From: a virus
Taxonomy: Duplodnaviria > Caudoviricetes
Strand: one strand, 5' to 3'
Length of the DNA stretch: 59,341 bases
IMG/VR virus record: IMGVR_UViG_3300043429_000266
Location: 1-59,341 of that record
Numbering within the stretch: position 1 is the first letter of the stretch; each line of letters begins with the position of its first letter. Below are positions 46,329 to 56,018 of this stretch, piece after piece. The translations under genes and the position numbers were made by a program. The notes beneath the pieces are model-generated. The model saw only the letters and a list, made by a program, of their open reading frames with translations, was not told where the DNA came from and ran no database searches.

Positions 46329-48454
46329 ACCCCGAACCTACCTTTCTCAATTGCATTGACCACGTCCTCGTCGACGCGAACATAGTGATTAGCGCGCCCC
46401 TTGGGGCTCTCAAGCTCAACCCGTACGATTGAGCCGTCGTTGATCATCGAGGTCATGGCGCGCTCCTTGCGGTCTTGGCTCGCCTTGACCCCGCCCTTAG
46501 CCACCGGCATGCGTTCGTAGTGTGAGCGCGAGTGGCCAGGATCCTTGCGGATCAGCTCCAGCAACTCATCACACATCGCGTTCCAGCTGTCCTGTTCGCG
46601 GGCCTCCTTGCGGTCTTCCTTGAGCTGGGCACGTTCGCCCTGCTTGAGCGGGCGGGCTACCGAGTGACTGAACCAGACGTCCTTGTCAAACCCGAGCACA
46701 TCTTTGTGGCGCTCCTTGTTAGTGACGAGGTCAAAGGTCAACTCACTGAACGCAGTAGGGAAGCGCACCTTAGCCACCTTGAGCACACGGGGTGCGTCTT
46801 CGCTGTCGCCGTCCTTGAAGACGGTGTACACACCCTGCGCATCACCCGTCCAAGCTGACGCACCGCGAGGTGAGAGCGAGTCGGTTTCCATCATCCCGTT
46901 GATCTTGGCAGCATGAGCCACGATGATGATCGGGAAGGCGGCAAACGCTTGCTTGATGTAGGCCATAGCGCGACCCACCTCAGCGTTGTCGTTCTCATTC
47001 TCAAGGTCAAACACGGCGTTGGCAGTGTCAAACACGACGAGCGGAAGAGCAGGGAACACGCCCCCGTCTGCGGTCTCGTTGTCAACCACCCAGTGGCGGT
47101 ACTCCTCAGCGACTTCGGCCACGACCTTCGGGTCTAGGCGGTGAGCGGGGATAACCCGAACACGGTCTTCAAAGTCGTGCGTACTCATTCCGGTGTAACC
47201 CCAAGAGTACAACGAGTAGATGACGCGCTGAACCTGCACCACGGACTCGGTAATGATGATGACGTTGCGGCGCACCTTGGGCATCAGGGGGTAGTCACTG
47301 GGGCACAGGTGAGCAGTAGCTAAGGCCATCGGCACAATCAGCGTGGTCTTACCCACACCAGGAGCGCCAGCAACCACGTTCACGCCGGTGCTCATGTAGT
47401 CGTCGTAGATGTATTCAAACATCGTGACCGTTGACGCGCCGCTCTCCTTAGCGTTACCCAGCGACAGCGGGTGCTTTTCTTTGGGCTCGGTTGAAGCTGC
47501 AGTTGTGGTCTTGTTGTTCCCCTTCCAACCGTTGTCAATCGCCATACGGAAGATTGAGCGGTAGGTGATTGAGTGCGGGGCGCTAATGTCGCGTTCCCAC
47601 TTACGGCGTTGAGCTGAGGCATCAAACTTGTCAGAGCGCGCGGCCCACTCAGTCCAAACTTTGTAGCCGTTCTCGCCGTAAGGCTTGAGCACCATACCCA
47701 CGTTGACCCACGTTGTGTAGTCATCAAAGTCAACGTGTTCAAGCGCCGAGCGGAGATCATCAAACGTCTGCGCAGTAGCCACCGGTACACCGCCGCGCTC
47801 AGTCAGGGAGTAGTCAACCGGCGCGCGAGCCTTGCTAGCAATGAGGCGGGGCAGGGGTGAAGGTTGAGCAGGGGTGGACTTACTCAGCGGTGAGCGCCCA
47901 GCTTCCCATTGGTAGATACCTGACGGGCCAGAGGTGGGTGCGACGCAGATGTAACCGTGGTGCTTCAAGTCAAGCCCCGCGCCTAGAGTTCCTGGATAGC
48001 TCAGGGTTGAGTCTGCGCTGAACAACCTATGCTCACCGCCACCTTGCGTTACCGCAGTGCAGTCAGAGTGCAACACGCCGTGCTCAGCCTCAAGCGCGCG
48101 GAGCGACTCGTCACCGCCGTTCTGCGGGTCAATGTCCAGCGCCAGCAGTCCTGAGGTTGACAACTCGATGCCGATACCAGCGTCAGGGTCAGTGGCCCAC
48201 CAGTCACGGATGGTTGCCTCATCGGTCGTAGCGTCATGATGACCGTGAGGTACGAGGTCTGATTGAGGATGCTTACCCGCCTTGTGGCCCTTCTCGTGGT
48301 TAGGGCGGCCACAGCGACATTGACCGTGGTCATCTACCGACCAAACGGGCAACACGTTCCAGCCGAGCTTTGCGTAGGCGAGGGCGTAGTCGAGTGGGGT
48401 TGGGCCTTTGCTCACTGAGACGTCCCACATGTGATTCTTATTCTTCGTCGCCAC
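46325..48454 (-). CDS. Primase-polymerase fused to PriCT-2 and a RepA-like (AAA_25) helicase
   Basis: ALAYAKLGWNVLP, LDIDPQNGG, TQGGGEH, YTTWVNVGM, Walker A GAPGVGKT, RGASAW. Confidence 0.9.
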   Translation of the reverse strand: MATKNKNHMWDVSVSKGPTPLDYALAYAKLGWNVLPVWSVDDHGQCRCGRPNHEKGHKAGKHPQSDLVPHGHHDATTDEATIRDWWATDPDAGIGIELSTSGLLALDIDPQNGGDESLRALEAEHGVLHSDCTAVTQGGGEHRLFSADSTLSYPGTLGAGLDLKHHGYICVAPTSGPSGIYQWEAGRSPLSKSTPAQPSPLPRLIASKARAPVDYSLTERGGVPVATAQTFDDLRSALEHVDFDDYTTWVNVGMVLKPYGENGYKVWTEWAARSDKFDASAQRRKWERDISAPHSITYRSIFRMAIDNGWKGNNKTTTAASTEPKEKHPLSLGNAKESGASTVTMFEYIYDDYMSTGVNVVAGAPGVGKTTLIVPMALATAHLCPSDYPLMPKVRRNVIIITESVVQVQRVIYSLYSWGYTGMSTHDFEDRVRVIPAHRLDPKVVAEVAEEYRHWVVDNETADGGVFPALPLVVFDTANAVFDLENENDNAEVGRAMAYIKQAFAAFPIIIVAHAAKINGMMETDSLSPRGASAWTGDAQGVYTVFKDGDSEDAPRVLKVAKVRFPTAFSELTFDLVTNKERHKDVLGFDKDVWFSHSVARPLKQGERAQLKEDRKEAREQDSWNAMCDELLELIRKDPGHSRSHYERMPVAKGGVKASQDRKERAMTSMINDGSIVRVELESPKGRANHYVRVDEDVVNAIEKGRFGV

Positions 48455-48743
48455 CGTCTGCCTCCTCTACCGCCGCATTTTTGTCTTGATAAGGCCGCAC
48501 GGGGAAGAGCGCGCACGTGATGACCGTGCACACTTTGATCTCTTCACGCTGGTAGCCACAGCACTGCAAGCACTTGACTCGGATGGCTGTGCTGCGGGTG
48601 ATTTGCCCTAGCAATGCGCGCTGAGTGGCCAGCTTGTGTTTGTCGGGAACGCTTTGTTCGACGTAAGCGTCGATCTTCTTGCGGTCATCGTTTTGCACCG
48701 CCCGTTCGGGCTTGATGCGGTTCTTACGTAGCAGGTTTGTCAT
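48438..48743 (-). CDS. Small Cys-rich hypothetical protein
   Basis: AIRVKCLQCCG...C....CALFPVR. Confidence 0.7.
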   Translation of the reverse strand: MTNLLRKNRIKPERAVQNDDRKKIDAYVEQSVPDKHKLATQRALLGQITRSTAIRVKCLQCCGYQREEIKVCTVITCALFPVRPYQDKNAAVEEADGGDEE

Positions 48744-48745
48744 TT

Positions 48746-50302
48746 TTATTCCTGTGGTTGTTGAAAGTGTTCCGCCGTGACGTTCCAGTACTTACCTGAC
48801 TTGCGGGCGGTGAGGTAAAGCGGCATGCGTGAGCCACGCACTTGCCATTGGAGCGTTCCGGCGAGGGCTGGCAAGTTTACTGCCAGTTTGCGGTTTTTGA
48901 AAAACAAGTGGTCGCCCGCCTTGGGGTTCTCGGTATTCACGAACAGGGTAGCATCGATGCGCGCGCCCTCAGGAGTCGTACATGCGTATTGAACCATGAG
49001 CACGGGCCGGTTAGGGTCTCGGCGGGTCTTTATGGGTACTGCGCTCACCCCGTGAACCTCAACGGTCAGAGTAGCGCCGTCCTTAGCCTGCTCACCGGTC
49101 ATGGGGTCAAGCGGGATCATCGAACGGACTCCTGGCAGCACCTTACGCTTAGATTTGCGCTCTGCCGGAGCAGCCATGATAGGGTCGCCGGCAACGCCGT
49201 TCTTCTCACGGACGTAAGTCTCAAGCATGTCAACACCGCCAAGGCGTTGTAGGTTGCCCACGAAGTCCAACAGCAGGCAGTTCTTCTTTGACTCGTGCAG
49301 GCGGGTTCCGCGCCCCATGATTTGTACCCACAGGTTTGAGCTGACCGTGGGGCGCAGGCAGACGATACAGTCCAGCGCGGGGAAGTCAAAGCCCGTGGTA
49401 ATTGTGTCAACCGAGCACAGGAAGTGAATCTCACCGCTCTTGAACCGGCGGAGCGTGTCATCACGGTCACGCTTGTGCATAGCGCCGGTCAGTATCGCCG
49501 TGGGTCGGCCCGTGACGCGACCGATTGTAGCCGCAGCGCGCATAGCCCCGTTCACGGTCGGGCAGTACACCGCGCCGTGTTTGCGGTTACGGGCGAAGGT
49601 GAGCAGTGACTTAGCTACACCCTCAAGCCACTGCGCGTCTTGCAGGTCGTTGACTTCTTCCATGGCGAAGTCATCATTCACCGTGACGTCATCTAGCTCA
49701 AGCTGCAGCTCAGTCTCAACGCCGACCAGCGGGGCGAGGTATCCATCCTCAACCGCTTGAGGCACAGTGTAAGTGTAAGCGAGGTGATTGAACCAGAACC
49801 GCTCAGGGTCATCACCGTAGATGAGGCCGTTGTCAGTGCGCCAAGGGGTTGCGGTCATCGCTAGGCGAGCAGCGTCAGGGTAACGGGTGAAGATGCGCCC
49901 GTACATGCCGACCTCACCGGTCTGGTGCGGAACGCGATGAGCCTCGTCAACCGTGATGAGGTCTGGGGTAGGTAGCTCGCCTCGCAGCGCGGGGTTGATG
50001 ATTGACTGAATCGTGGCGAACACAACCGGCGCATCAAAGTCAGCGCGATTCAGCCCTGAGCAGACGATACCGGCTTGCCGGCCCGTGTGACGGTAGTACG
50101 TCTCGGCGTTCTGCTTGACCAGCTCTTGAACGTGAGTCAGAACCCACGTGCGTTTCTCTTGATGAAATAAGTTGTACGCTGTGTCAGCAATGATGAGCGA
50201 CTTACCCGTACCGGTGGCGAGCTGAAGCACAGGGTGCTTGCCGTGTTTGATACTCAGCAACGCCGCATTACACGCATCACCTTGGTAATATCTGAGTTCC
50301 AT
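48746..50302 (-). CDS. Superfamily 2 DEAH helicase
   Basis: LRYYQ, ATGTGKS, DEAH, TATP, TGFDFP, QIMGRGTR. Confidence 0.93.
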   Translation of the reverse strand: MELRYYQGDACNAALLSIKHGKHPVLQLATGTGKSLIIADTAYNLFHQEKRTWVLTHVQELVKQNAETYYRHTGRQAGIVCSGLNRADFDAPVVFATIQSIINPALRGELPTPDLITVDEAHRVPHQTGEVGMYGRIFTRYPDAARLAMTATPWRTDNGLIYGDDPERFWFNHLAYTYTVPQAVEDGYLAPLVGVETELQLELDDVTVNDDFAMEEVNDLQDAQWLEGVAKSLLTFARNRKHGAVYCPTVNGAMRAAATIGRVTGRPTAILTGAMHKRDRDDTLRRFKSGEIHFLCSVDTITTGFDFPALDCIVCLRPTVSSNLWVQIMGRGTRLHESKKNCLLLDFVGNLQRLGGVDMLETYVREKNGVAGDPIMAAPAERKSKRKVLPGVRSMIPLDPMTGEQAKDGATLTVEVHGVSAVPIKTRRDPNRPVLMVQYACTTPEGARIDATLFVNTENPKAGDHLFFKNRKLAVNLPALAGTLQWQVRGSRMPLYLTARKSGKYWNVTAEHFQQPQE

Positions 50303-50426
50303 TCATGCTCCGAGTTATTGAGTTATAGGGTGTTGGCCGTTAGTTCCTCATTTCCACCTTTCGGTGCGCTGTCTCACAGCTCCTCATTTAACACGGCAGC
50401 CTCGGTATGCCGGCACCAACCCGTTT

Positions 50427-50473
50427 ATTTTAGGCAACTTTTTGTGTGGTGGTGATTGTTTTTTCAAATCACG
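50427..50473 (-). promoter_or_regulatory. Leftward promoter of the helicase/primase operon
   Basis: CGTGATTTGAAAAAACAATC...CTAAAAT; near-identical box at 57943. Confidence 0.65.
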
Positions 50474-50529
50474 TTCAGGAAGTTGGTTCAAAAATACAAT
50501 GGAAATATTTTGGCGAGGGGGTTGTTTTG

Positions 50530-50554
50530 TTGAATTTTTTGAGGCAAAATTCAA
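50530..50554 (+). promoter_or_regulatory. Inverted repeat / rightward early promoter region
   Basis: TTGAATTTT-7 nt-AAAATTCAA in an AT-rich divergent gap. Confidence 0.5.
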
Positions 50555-50607
50555 TACGTTGGTTCAGCAATGAATGAACAATGAATAACTTAATAACTGG
50601 AGTAACT

Positions 50608-51162
50608 ATGAAAACCATCAACGTCAAATCCGCCACCACCCGTGAACTGGTTGAGTTCTACAACGCTCATTCAGGTTGCGACCCGATCAAGAAGTTCAGC
50701 GATCGCCGCAACGCTGAAAAGAGAGTTGAGAAGCTCATGGCGGAGCGTCAGTTCAAAGCCCCCTCACCCCTCGTTGACAATCAACACTGCCCAGTGTGCA
50801 ACAGCGCTGATTTGTACTTCGGCAAACTGGTCAGAGAACAACTGGTTGACGAAGAACACATCGTCACCTGCCGCTCATGCGGTTACACTGTTGACTGGCG
50901 CAAGAGCAAGAACGCCAAGCCGGTCACCAAGGTCGGCCCCCGCCCCGCTATGAAGCAGTCTTTGAAGCTAGACCGCCGCATCCTGCACATTGAGACCGGC
51001 ACCGTCTACGCTAACGCATGTCAAGTCTGGAAAGCCGCGCTCGTTACCAGCTCACAAGGTGACCGCCTGTCGGCTACGCTCTACGGCGCTGCTAAGCGCG
51101 GCGAGTTCCCGACCCTCAGCGTGAACGGTCACACGTTCGAGTTGGCAGTGAAGGGAGAGTAA
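50608..51162 (+). CDS. Early protein with zinc ribbon (possible regulator)
   Basis: CPVC...CRSC; first gene after the divergent gap; GGAG RBS before ATG 50608. Confidence 0.65.
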   Translation: MKTINVKSATTRELVEFYNAHSGCDPIKKFSDRRNAEKRVEKLMAERQFKAPSPLVDNQHCPVCNSADLYFGKLVREQLVDEEHIVTCRSCGYTVDWRKSKNAKPVTKVGPRPAMKQSLKLDRRILHIETGTVYANACQVWKAALVTSSQGDRLSATLYGAAKRGEFPTLSVNGHTFELAVKGE

Positions 51163-51163
51163 C

Positions 51164-51427
51164 ATGAGCTACGACACTAACCCTTACGTATTGATGTGCC
51201 GCAGCAAGTATCTACACCTGAACGACCCACGTTGCTACAACGGCGCGTACTTTGATGCGGAAATGATGTGGGGTGGCTGGCAGGTGCTTGACCGCCTGTC
51301 CGATACCGAGACCGCAGCGCGTAAGCTGAAGTTCTGGCGCGAGCTGAACGACTACGCTGTGAGCCAGCGAGGTGAAGACTCTCGCCGTGAGTTCAAGATT
51401 GTTGAGCAGGAAGAGGTGGCAGCATGA
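51164..51427 (+). CDS. Hypothetical protein
   Basis: GGAG RBS; DPRCYNGA motif. Confidence 0.65.
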   Translation: MSYDTNPYVLMCRSKYLHLNDPRCYNGAYFDAEMMWGGWQVLDRLSDTETAARKLKFWRELNDYAVSQRGEDSRREFKIVEQEEVAA

Positions 51428-51530
51428 GTAACTGGCCCTTCCCCCCGCTCACCGGCCCCGTGCCTTGGACTAACAAACAGAAGAGCGACTACGCTCGTCA
51501 GCAACGCGAACAGCAAGAGGAGTCACCGTT

Positions 51531-52247
51531 ATGAGTAAGCAAACCCGAGTCCGCTGGACTGCTGAAGAGCGCACGTTGATCGTGCAACGCATGGTTCAAC
51601 TGTTGAACAAATCCGGTAGAAATTATTCAAAAGCCGGTTTGGCATTATGTGCTCAAGAAGTGCTCCCTGCTAATCGCCGCCGTAAGATCTTCACCCCTAA
51701 AGAACTCAAAGACATGAACGCCAAGGCTCACGCCTTAGCAGCTGAAGCAATCAAGCCGATGATCCGTGAGGCTGAGGCCGCCGTGGTTGAGCATGCGGTC
51801 ATTCCGCAGCGTGACGAGCTGACAACCCTGCTTGAGTCGTTGATTGACAAGATCGCTGATAAGGTGGCCGAGCGCCTCGCAGCGCAGCTCCAAGTGCACG
51901 TCAACACAACGACCACAACACATAGCGAGCACCGCCCGCGCCACAACCCTGAGCCACCTTGCAACGCTCCCCGTGAGCCTAAGGTCGGTGTGCTCATCTT
52001 GGGTATGCAACCTCATCAGGGTAACATCCTCAAGCAGGAGTTCCCGATGCTTGACATCACCTGTTACGACTCTGACGAGGCCCGCACCAAGCAGGTCATC
52101 ATGCGCAAGCACACCATCGGTATGACTCGCTTCCTGAGCCATCAAGTTGAAGACCGCTACCGCAAGTGCCCTCGCTATCACCGCCACAGCGCCGGTACAT
52201 CCGAGCTGAAGACCCTGTTGAAACAAATCGCCGAAGGAACCGTATGA
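51531..52247 (+). CDS. Hypothetical protein (helical N-terminus, alpha/beta C-terminus)
   Basis: RWTAEE start; GAGGAG RBS. Confidence 0.7.
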   Translation: MSKQTRVRWTAEERTLIVQRMVQLLNKSGRNYSKAGLALCAQEVLPANRRRKIFTPKELKDMNAKAHALAAEAIKPMIREAEAAVVEHAVIPQRDELTTLLESLIDKIADKVAERLAAQLQVHVNTTTTTHSEHRPRHNPEPPCNAPREPKVGVLILGMQPHQGNILKQEFPMLDITCYDSDEARTKQVIMRKHTIGMTRFLSHQVEDRYRKCPRYHRHSAGTSELKTLLKQIAEGTV

Positions 52248-52546
52248 CTACCGACCACATTGAGGCCCGAGGCCGCACTATGTACTGCACCCGCTGTGAG
52301 TGCGCGAACGAAGTGAACATGCCTGCCAAAATAGATGAGATCATTTATCAGATGGACAGTTTCCGTGATGCGCACAAAGACTGCAAGCCCCGAGCTATCG
52401 AGGCTCAGATGTCTGAGTACATCAAGGGGTTTGACGCTGGTTGCGAGCACCTGATGCGTGAGATAGAATTATTCATGAAGTCTAAGCCGCTTCCTCCTTC
52501 AAATATTGCCGAACTAGTGGCGCATTTACGCAAAGGTCTCAAATGA
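52244..52546 (+). CDS. Small Zn-binding hypothetical protein
   Basis: CTRC...HKDC; ATGA coupling. Confidence 0.6.
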   Translation: MTTDHIEARGRTMYCTRCECANEVNMPAKIDEIIYQMDSFRDAHKDCKPRAIEAQMSEYIKGFDAGCEHLMREIELFMKSKPLPPSNIAELVAHLRKGLK

Positions 52547-53505
52547 CACAATCAATTTTCCCCGTCCTCGCACTTGACCGCGCTCAGGTGCAGTGGGAGC
52601 AACACCTAGGCGAACTCACCCCATGGGAAAACCGTGACGGTGTCTGGTTCAAGCGTGAGGACTACTTCGCGCCGCTCGGCTACGGCGGCCCTAACGGGTC
52701 TAAGATGCGCCAGCTCATCTGGTACATGAACCGTTACCGTGAGGGTAAGACTCACGTGCTGACCGGCGCGAGCATTCAGAGCCCCCAGCTCAGTATGTCC
52801 GCCATCGTCGGTGCGCACTTCGGCCTCAAGTGCCGTCAGGTCGTCTACAGCAAGCCACATACGGTGCTGACGCATGAGAACCCGAGTATCTCAGCCGGTT
52901 TCGGCGCTGTGTTTGAGTACGTGAACGGGCCGTACAACCCCATCATCCAACGGCGCGTGGTTGACCTGACTCAGCCCACCTCGTTGGTGGTTGAGTACGG
53001 TATCACGGTACCGCATAAGACGCGCCCCGCTGAGGATGTGTTGAAGTTTCATGAGGTCGGCGCTAACCAGATTCGCAACCTGCCCGCCGAGGTGAAGACA
53101 CTGATCGTACCTGCCGGCTCATGCAACTCGCTTTGCAGCATGTTGTTGGGTCTCAGCCGAGACTCCAAGAACCTAAACCGCCTGCGCATCGTGGGTATCG
53201 GCCCCGACAAGCGTAAGTGGGTGCGTGAGCGTATGGTGATTATGGGGGTTGACATTGACCGCCTGCCGTTCGTTACCGAGTACCACAGCCTGCACGATAC
53301 CGGCTTCAGCAAGTACAGCGACAAGTTCAAAGGTGAGAACCATTCCGGTATCAATTTTCACCCCACGTATGAGGCCAAAATTTGGCGTTACCTGCGTGAG
53401 TCGGCCTCGCTTTACGCTGATGACAAGACTGGGTTCTGGATCGTCGGTAGCGCGCCCAACCCCGCAATCGTTAAGCCGTTCTACACTAACCAAGGAGCCG
53501 CCTGA
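52543..53505 (+). CDS. PLP-dependent fold-type II enzyme, putative DNA-amino acid decarboxylase
   Basis: FKREDY...GGPNGSKMR (PLP lysine), PAGSCNS, HPTYEAK resemble the ACC deaminase/D-Cys desulfhydrase family; sits in the hypermodification cluster. Confidence 0.8.
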   Translation: MTQSIFPVLALDRAQVQWEQHLGELTPWENRDGVWFKREDYFAPLGYGGPNGSKMRQLIWYMNRYREGKTHVLTGASIQSPQLSMSAIVGAHFGLKCRQVVYSKPHTVLTHENPSISAGFGAVFEYVNGPYNPIIQRRVVDLTQPTSLVVEYGITVPHKTRPAEDVLKFHEVGANQIRNLPAEVKTLIVPAGSCNSLCSMLLGLSRDSKNLNRLRIVGIGPDKRKWVRERMVIMGVDIDRLPFVTEYHSLHDTGFSKYSDKFKGENHSGINFHPTYEAKIWRYLRESASLYADDKTGFWIVGSAPNPAIVKPFYTNQGAA

Positions 53506-54244
53506 TGTTTAACCGCATTTACACAATCATCAAGCGCCGAGTCAAGCGCAAGCTGACCGTTGCTATCTACAAGAAACCTAAGATCGTGCGCGCCTCAACG
53601 CTTGAGCGCGCCCAGCATTACGTTGACAACCACGGCTGCCCAACCACCCGCTGCTTCCCTCGCACCACTGACGATGCGTTCCGCCACTTGGGTGACGGCA
53701 TGGAGACGTTCTTCCCCCCTGAGCAACGCTGGCAAGACAAAGTGATGTTTGCCGTTGGCGTTTGCTGCTGGATCGCCCTTGGCATTTTTTACTGGAGATA
53801 CCTATGAACAAATTCTTTAAAGACGTGGCTAACCTGCTCCACTGGCTCTTCCCCTTCATCTGCACTTGCGCGTTTGCTTACGTTTTCGGCGCGTTCATCG
53901 AGTGGTCACGCGACCCCGCTGACTGGACTTGGCAGGCTCGTTTCTGCACCGTGATCTTCGGCGTGTCGCTCGGGTTTGCGGTTGACCGCCGCCTTGAGAT
54001 GGCTGTGAGGGACTGAGCAATGGAATGGCTTGATAAAACAGTTACCGTCGGTGATCTTCTGTCGATCGCCCTTGGTTGGTTCCTATTCGACTTGATCGTA
54101 ATAGGTCACAAAATATACAAGAACGCGAAAAGTAGGATGTAAGCATGTTAGAAAACGTAACCCTGATGGTGCTGTTGATGGTGCTCGGCGCAAGCCTCAC
54201 AGTCGCAGTGCTCATCGGTTTTATTTACTGGATGGAGATGCAGA
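53505..54244 (+). CDS. Four small membrane-protein ORFs (53505-53807, 53804-54016 and two shorter)
   Basis: Each has a hydrophobic TM stretch; they separate the modification genes. Confidence 0.5.
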
Positions 54245-55249
54245 ATGATTGACTACCGTTTCAAGGAGTACAGAGAAGAATACTTCTCCGCGCTTTACAA
54301 GATGAACCTAGAGTACGGGGTCATGCCTGGACTCGTGTACCTCTACATGCCCGCTCTGGCTAAGGCCAACGGCTGGGGTGCTGATGAGAAACTCTGGTTC
54401 GCGTTCCTGAACGGCCTGACGCAGAACCCTATCACCTCGCTGCGCATGTTCCAACGCTTGTCTGAGTGCCCGCCCGCCGGAGCCCCTCTCAAGGGCTTTG
54501 AGGAGTGGTTCAACGCGAACTGGGAGACCCTGCAGTTTGACACTGACCGCCGATATCAGAAGAAAGACACCTTGGTAGCTATAAAGGCTTACGCCAAAGC
54601 GGTTGAACACTTCGGCTCGCAAGAAGCCATGCTGCGTAAAGACACCCCGTATTGTGATTTATGGTCTAGGGTGCGCGGTATGTATAGTAGTTTCGGACGC
54701 TTGTCTGCGTTCAGCTACCTCGAGTACGTGAACATCATGGGTTTCGGCAACGACTGCGATGACTTGATCTTCAGCGACAAGTCGGGCAGCAAGTCACACC
54801 GCAACGGTATGTTGTTCCTCATCGGCAAAGACGACTTGGTGTGGGACAAACGCCTTGACAACGGTCAAGACGGCAACTACAATAACTTCAAGATGATGTG
54901 TGGCTTTTTAGCCGCCTCAGCTGATGTTCATATTGAGAAGTTCAAAGCCCTGAACCCTGAAGTGCCTAACGTGGGTCGGTTCACCTTTGAGTCTAACCTT
55001 TGTACGTTCAAGAATCACTTCTTCGGTCGTCGCTATCCAGGAGTCTACGCCGACATGGCGCAAGACCGTATTGAGTGGGCCGACGAGCGCGGCCTTCAAG
55101 AGCACACTCAAGTGTTCAAGGGTATGCGCGAGGCGCTCCTGCCTGAGTGGTTGCGTCGTGAGTGTTCGCCGGCAAAGTTCAATGTCAAGTCGGCAGCCTC
55201 ATTGTTCCCTGAAACGGGTGCCCCTTATCGTGCGGAGTACTTCCTATGA
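54245..55249 (+). CDS. Amino acid:DNA transferase (aGPT-Pplase2 family)
   Basis: WFAFL, DTDRRY, FGRLSAFSYLEY, SHRNG, ESNLCTFK, RYPGVY; gene context. Confidence 0.8.
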   Translation: MIDYRFKEYREEYFSALYKMNLEYGVMPGLVYLYMPALAKANGWGADEKLWFAFLNGLTQNPITSLRMFQRLSECPPAGAPLKGFEEWFNANWETLQFDTDRRYQKKDTLVAIKAYAKAVEHFGSQEAMLRKDTPYCDLWSRVRGMYSSFGRLSAFSYLEYVNIMGFGNDCDDLIFSDKSGSKSHRNGMLFLIGKDDLVWDKRLDNGQDGNYNNFKMMCGFLAASADVHIEKFKALNPEVPNVGRFTFESNLCTFKNHFFGRRYPGVYADMAQDRIEWADERGLQEHTQVFKGMREALLPEWLRRECSPAKFNVKSAASLFPETGAPYRAEYFL

Positions 55250-55440
55250 GAAACCGAACAATGACCGAACGCTCACGTCAAGTGGCGATCAAGCGCCTGA
55301 GCCGCTACCCTCTCGGCGGCGACAACCTCGGCTGGCACAAACACTACGCCGAGGTTCACAACAAGACGCAGACCTTTGACTCTGCTCATCTCGCGATGTG
55401 GTATTTGCTGCTACATCTCGCACTTGGGGAACAACAATGA
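55246..55440 (+). CDS. Hypothetical protein
   Basis: ATGA-coupled on both sides. Confidence 0.55.
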   Translation: MRNRTMTERSRQVAIKRLSRYPLGGDNLGWHKHYAEVHNKTQTFDSAHLAMWYLLLHLALGEQQ

Positions 55441-56018
55441 CAAATCAAATCGTCAACATTCGCGGCTGCAACGGCTCGGGCAAGACTACAATCGTGCGCC
55501 GGTTCCTTGACAAGCTGCCGACTCAGGCGCTGGGCGGTAAGCCGAGCAAGCCCGCCGGTTATCGCGTCGACGCAACATCATGGGGTATCATGCTGCCCGT
55601 GTTCATCGTGGGTTCTTATGAGAACACCTGCGGCGGCACTGACGGAATCAGCACTCAAGAGGAGATCGCCGAACGCACCACGAAGGCGCACGGTCACGGC
55701 CATGTGCTTGTTGAGGGGCTGCTGATGAGCAAGTCCAGCGCGGGCGGTCACGTAGCTCCTATCCTCAAAGACCACGGCGCTATCTTCGGGTTCCTCGATA
55801 CACCTTGGCAAATGTGCCTTGACAGGGTTCTTTTGCGCCGTCAGGCTGCGGGTAATATCAAACCCTTTGACCCTGAGAAGACCATGCGCTCCGCCTACGA
55901 ACAATGTCACCGCTCGGCTGAGTTGTTGACTCAAGCCGGTGGGTATGATGTCCGCTGGATCGACCACCTGAACGCCGTCGGAACCGTCGTGCAATATTTG
56001 AAAGATGCTGAAGTATGA
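55437..56018 (+). CDS. P-loop kinase of the 5-hmdU pathway
   Basis: IVNIRGCNGSGKTT, GSYENTCGGTD, VLVEG, lid CLDRVLLRR; start at ATG 55437. Confidence 0.8.
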   Translation: MTNQIVNIRGCNGSGKTTIVRRFLDKLPTQALGGKPSKPAGYRVDATSWGIMLPVFIVGSYENTCGGTDGISTQEEIAERTTKAHGHGHVLVEGLLMSKSSAGGHVAPILKDHGAIFGFLDTPWQMCLDRVLLRRQAAGNIKPFDPEKTMRSAYEQCHRSAELLTQAGGYDVRWIDHLNAVGTVVQYLKDAEV

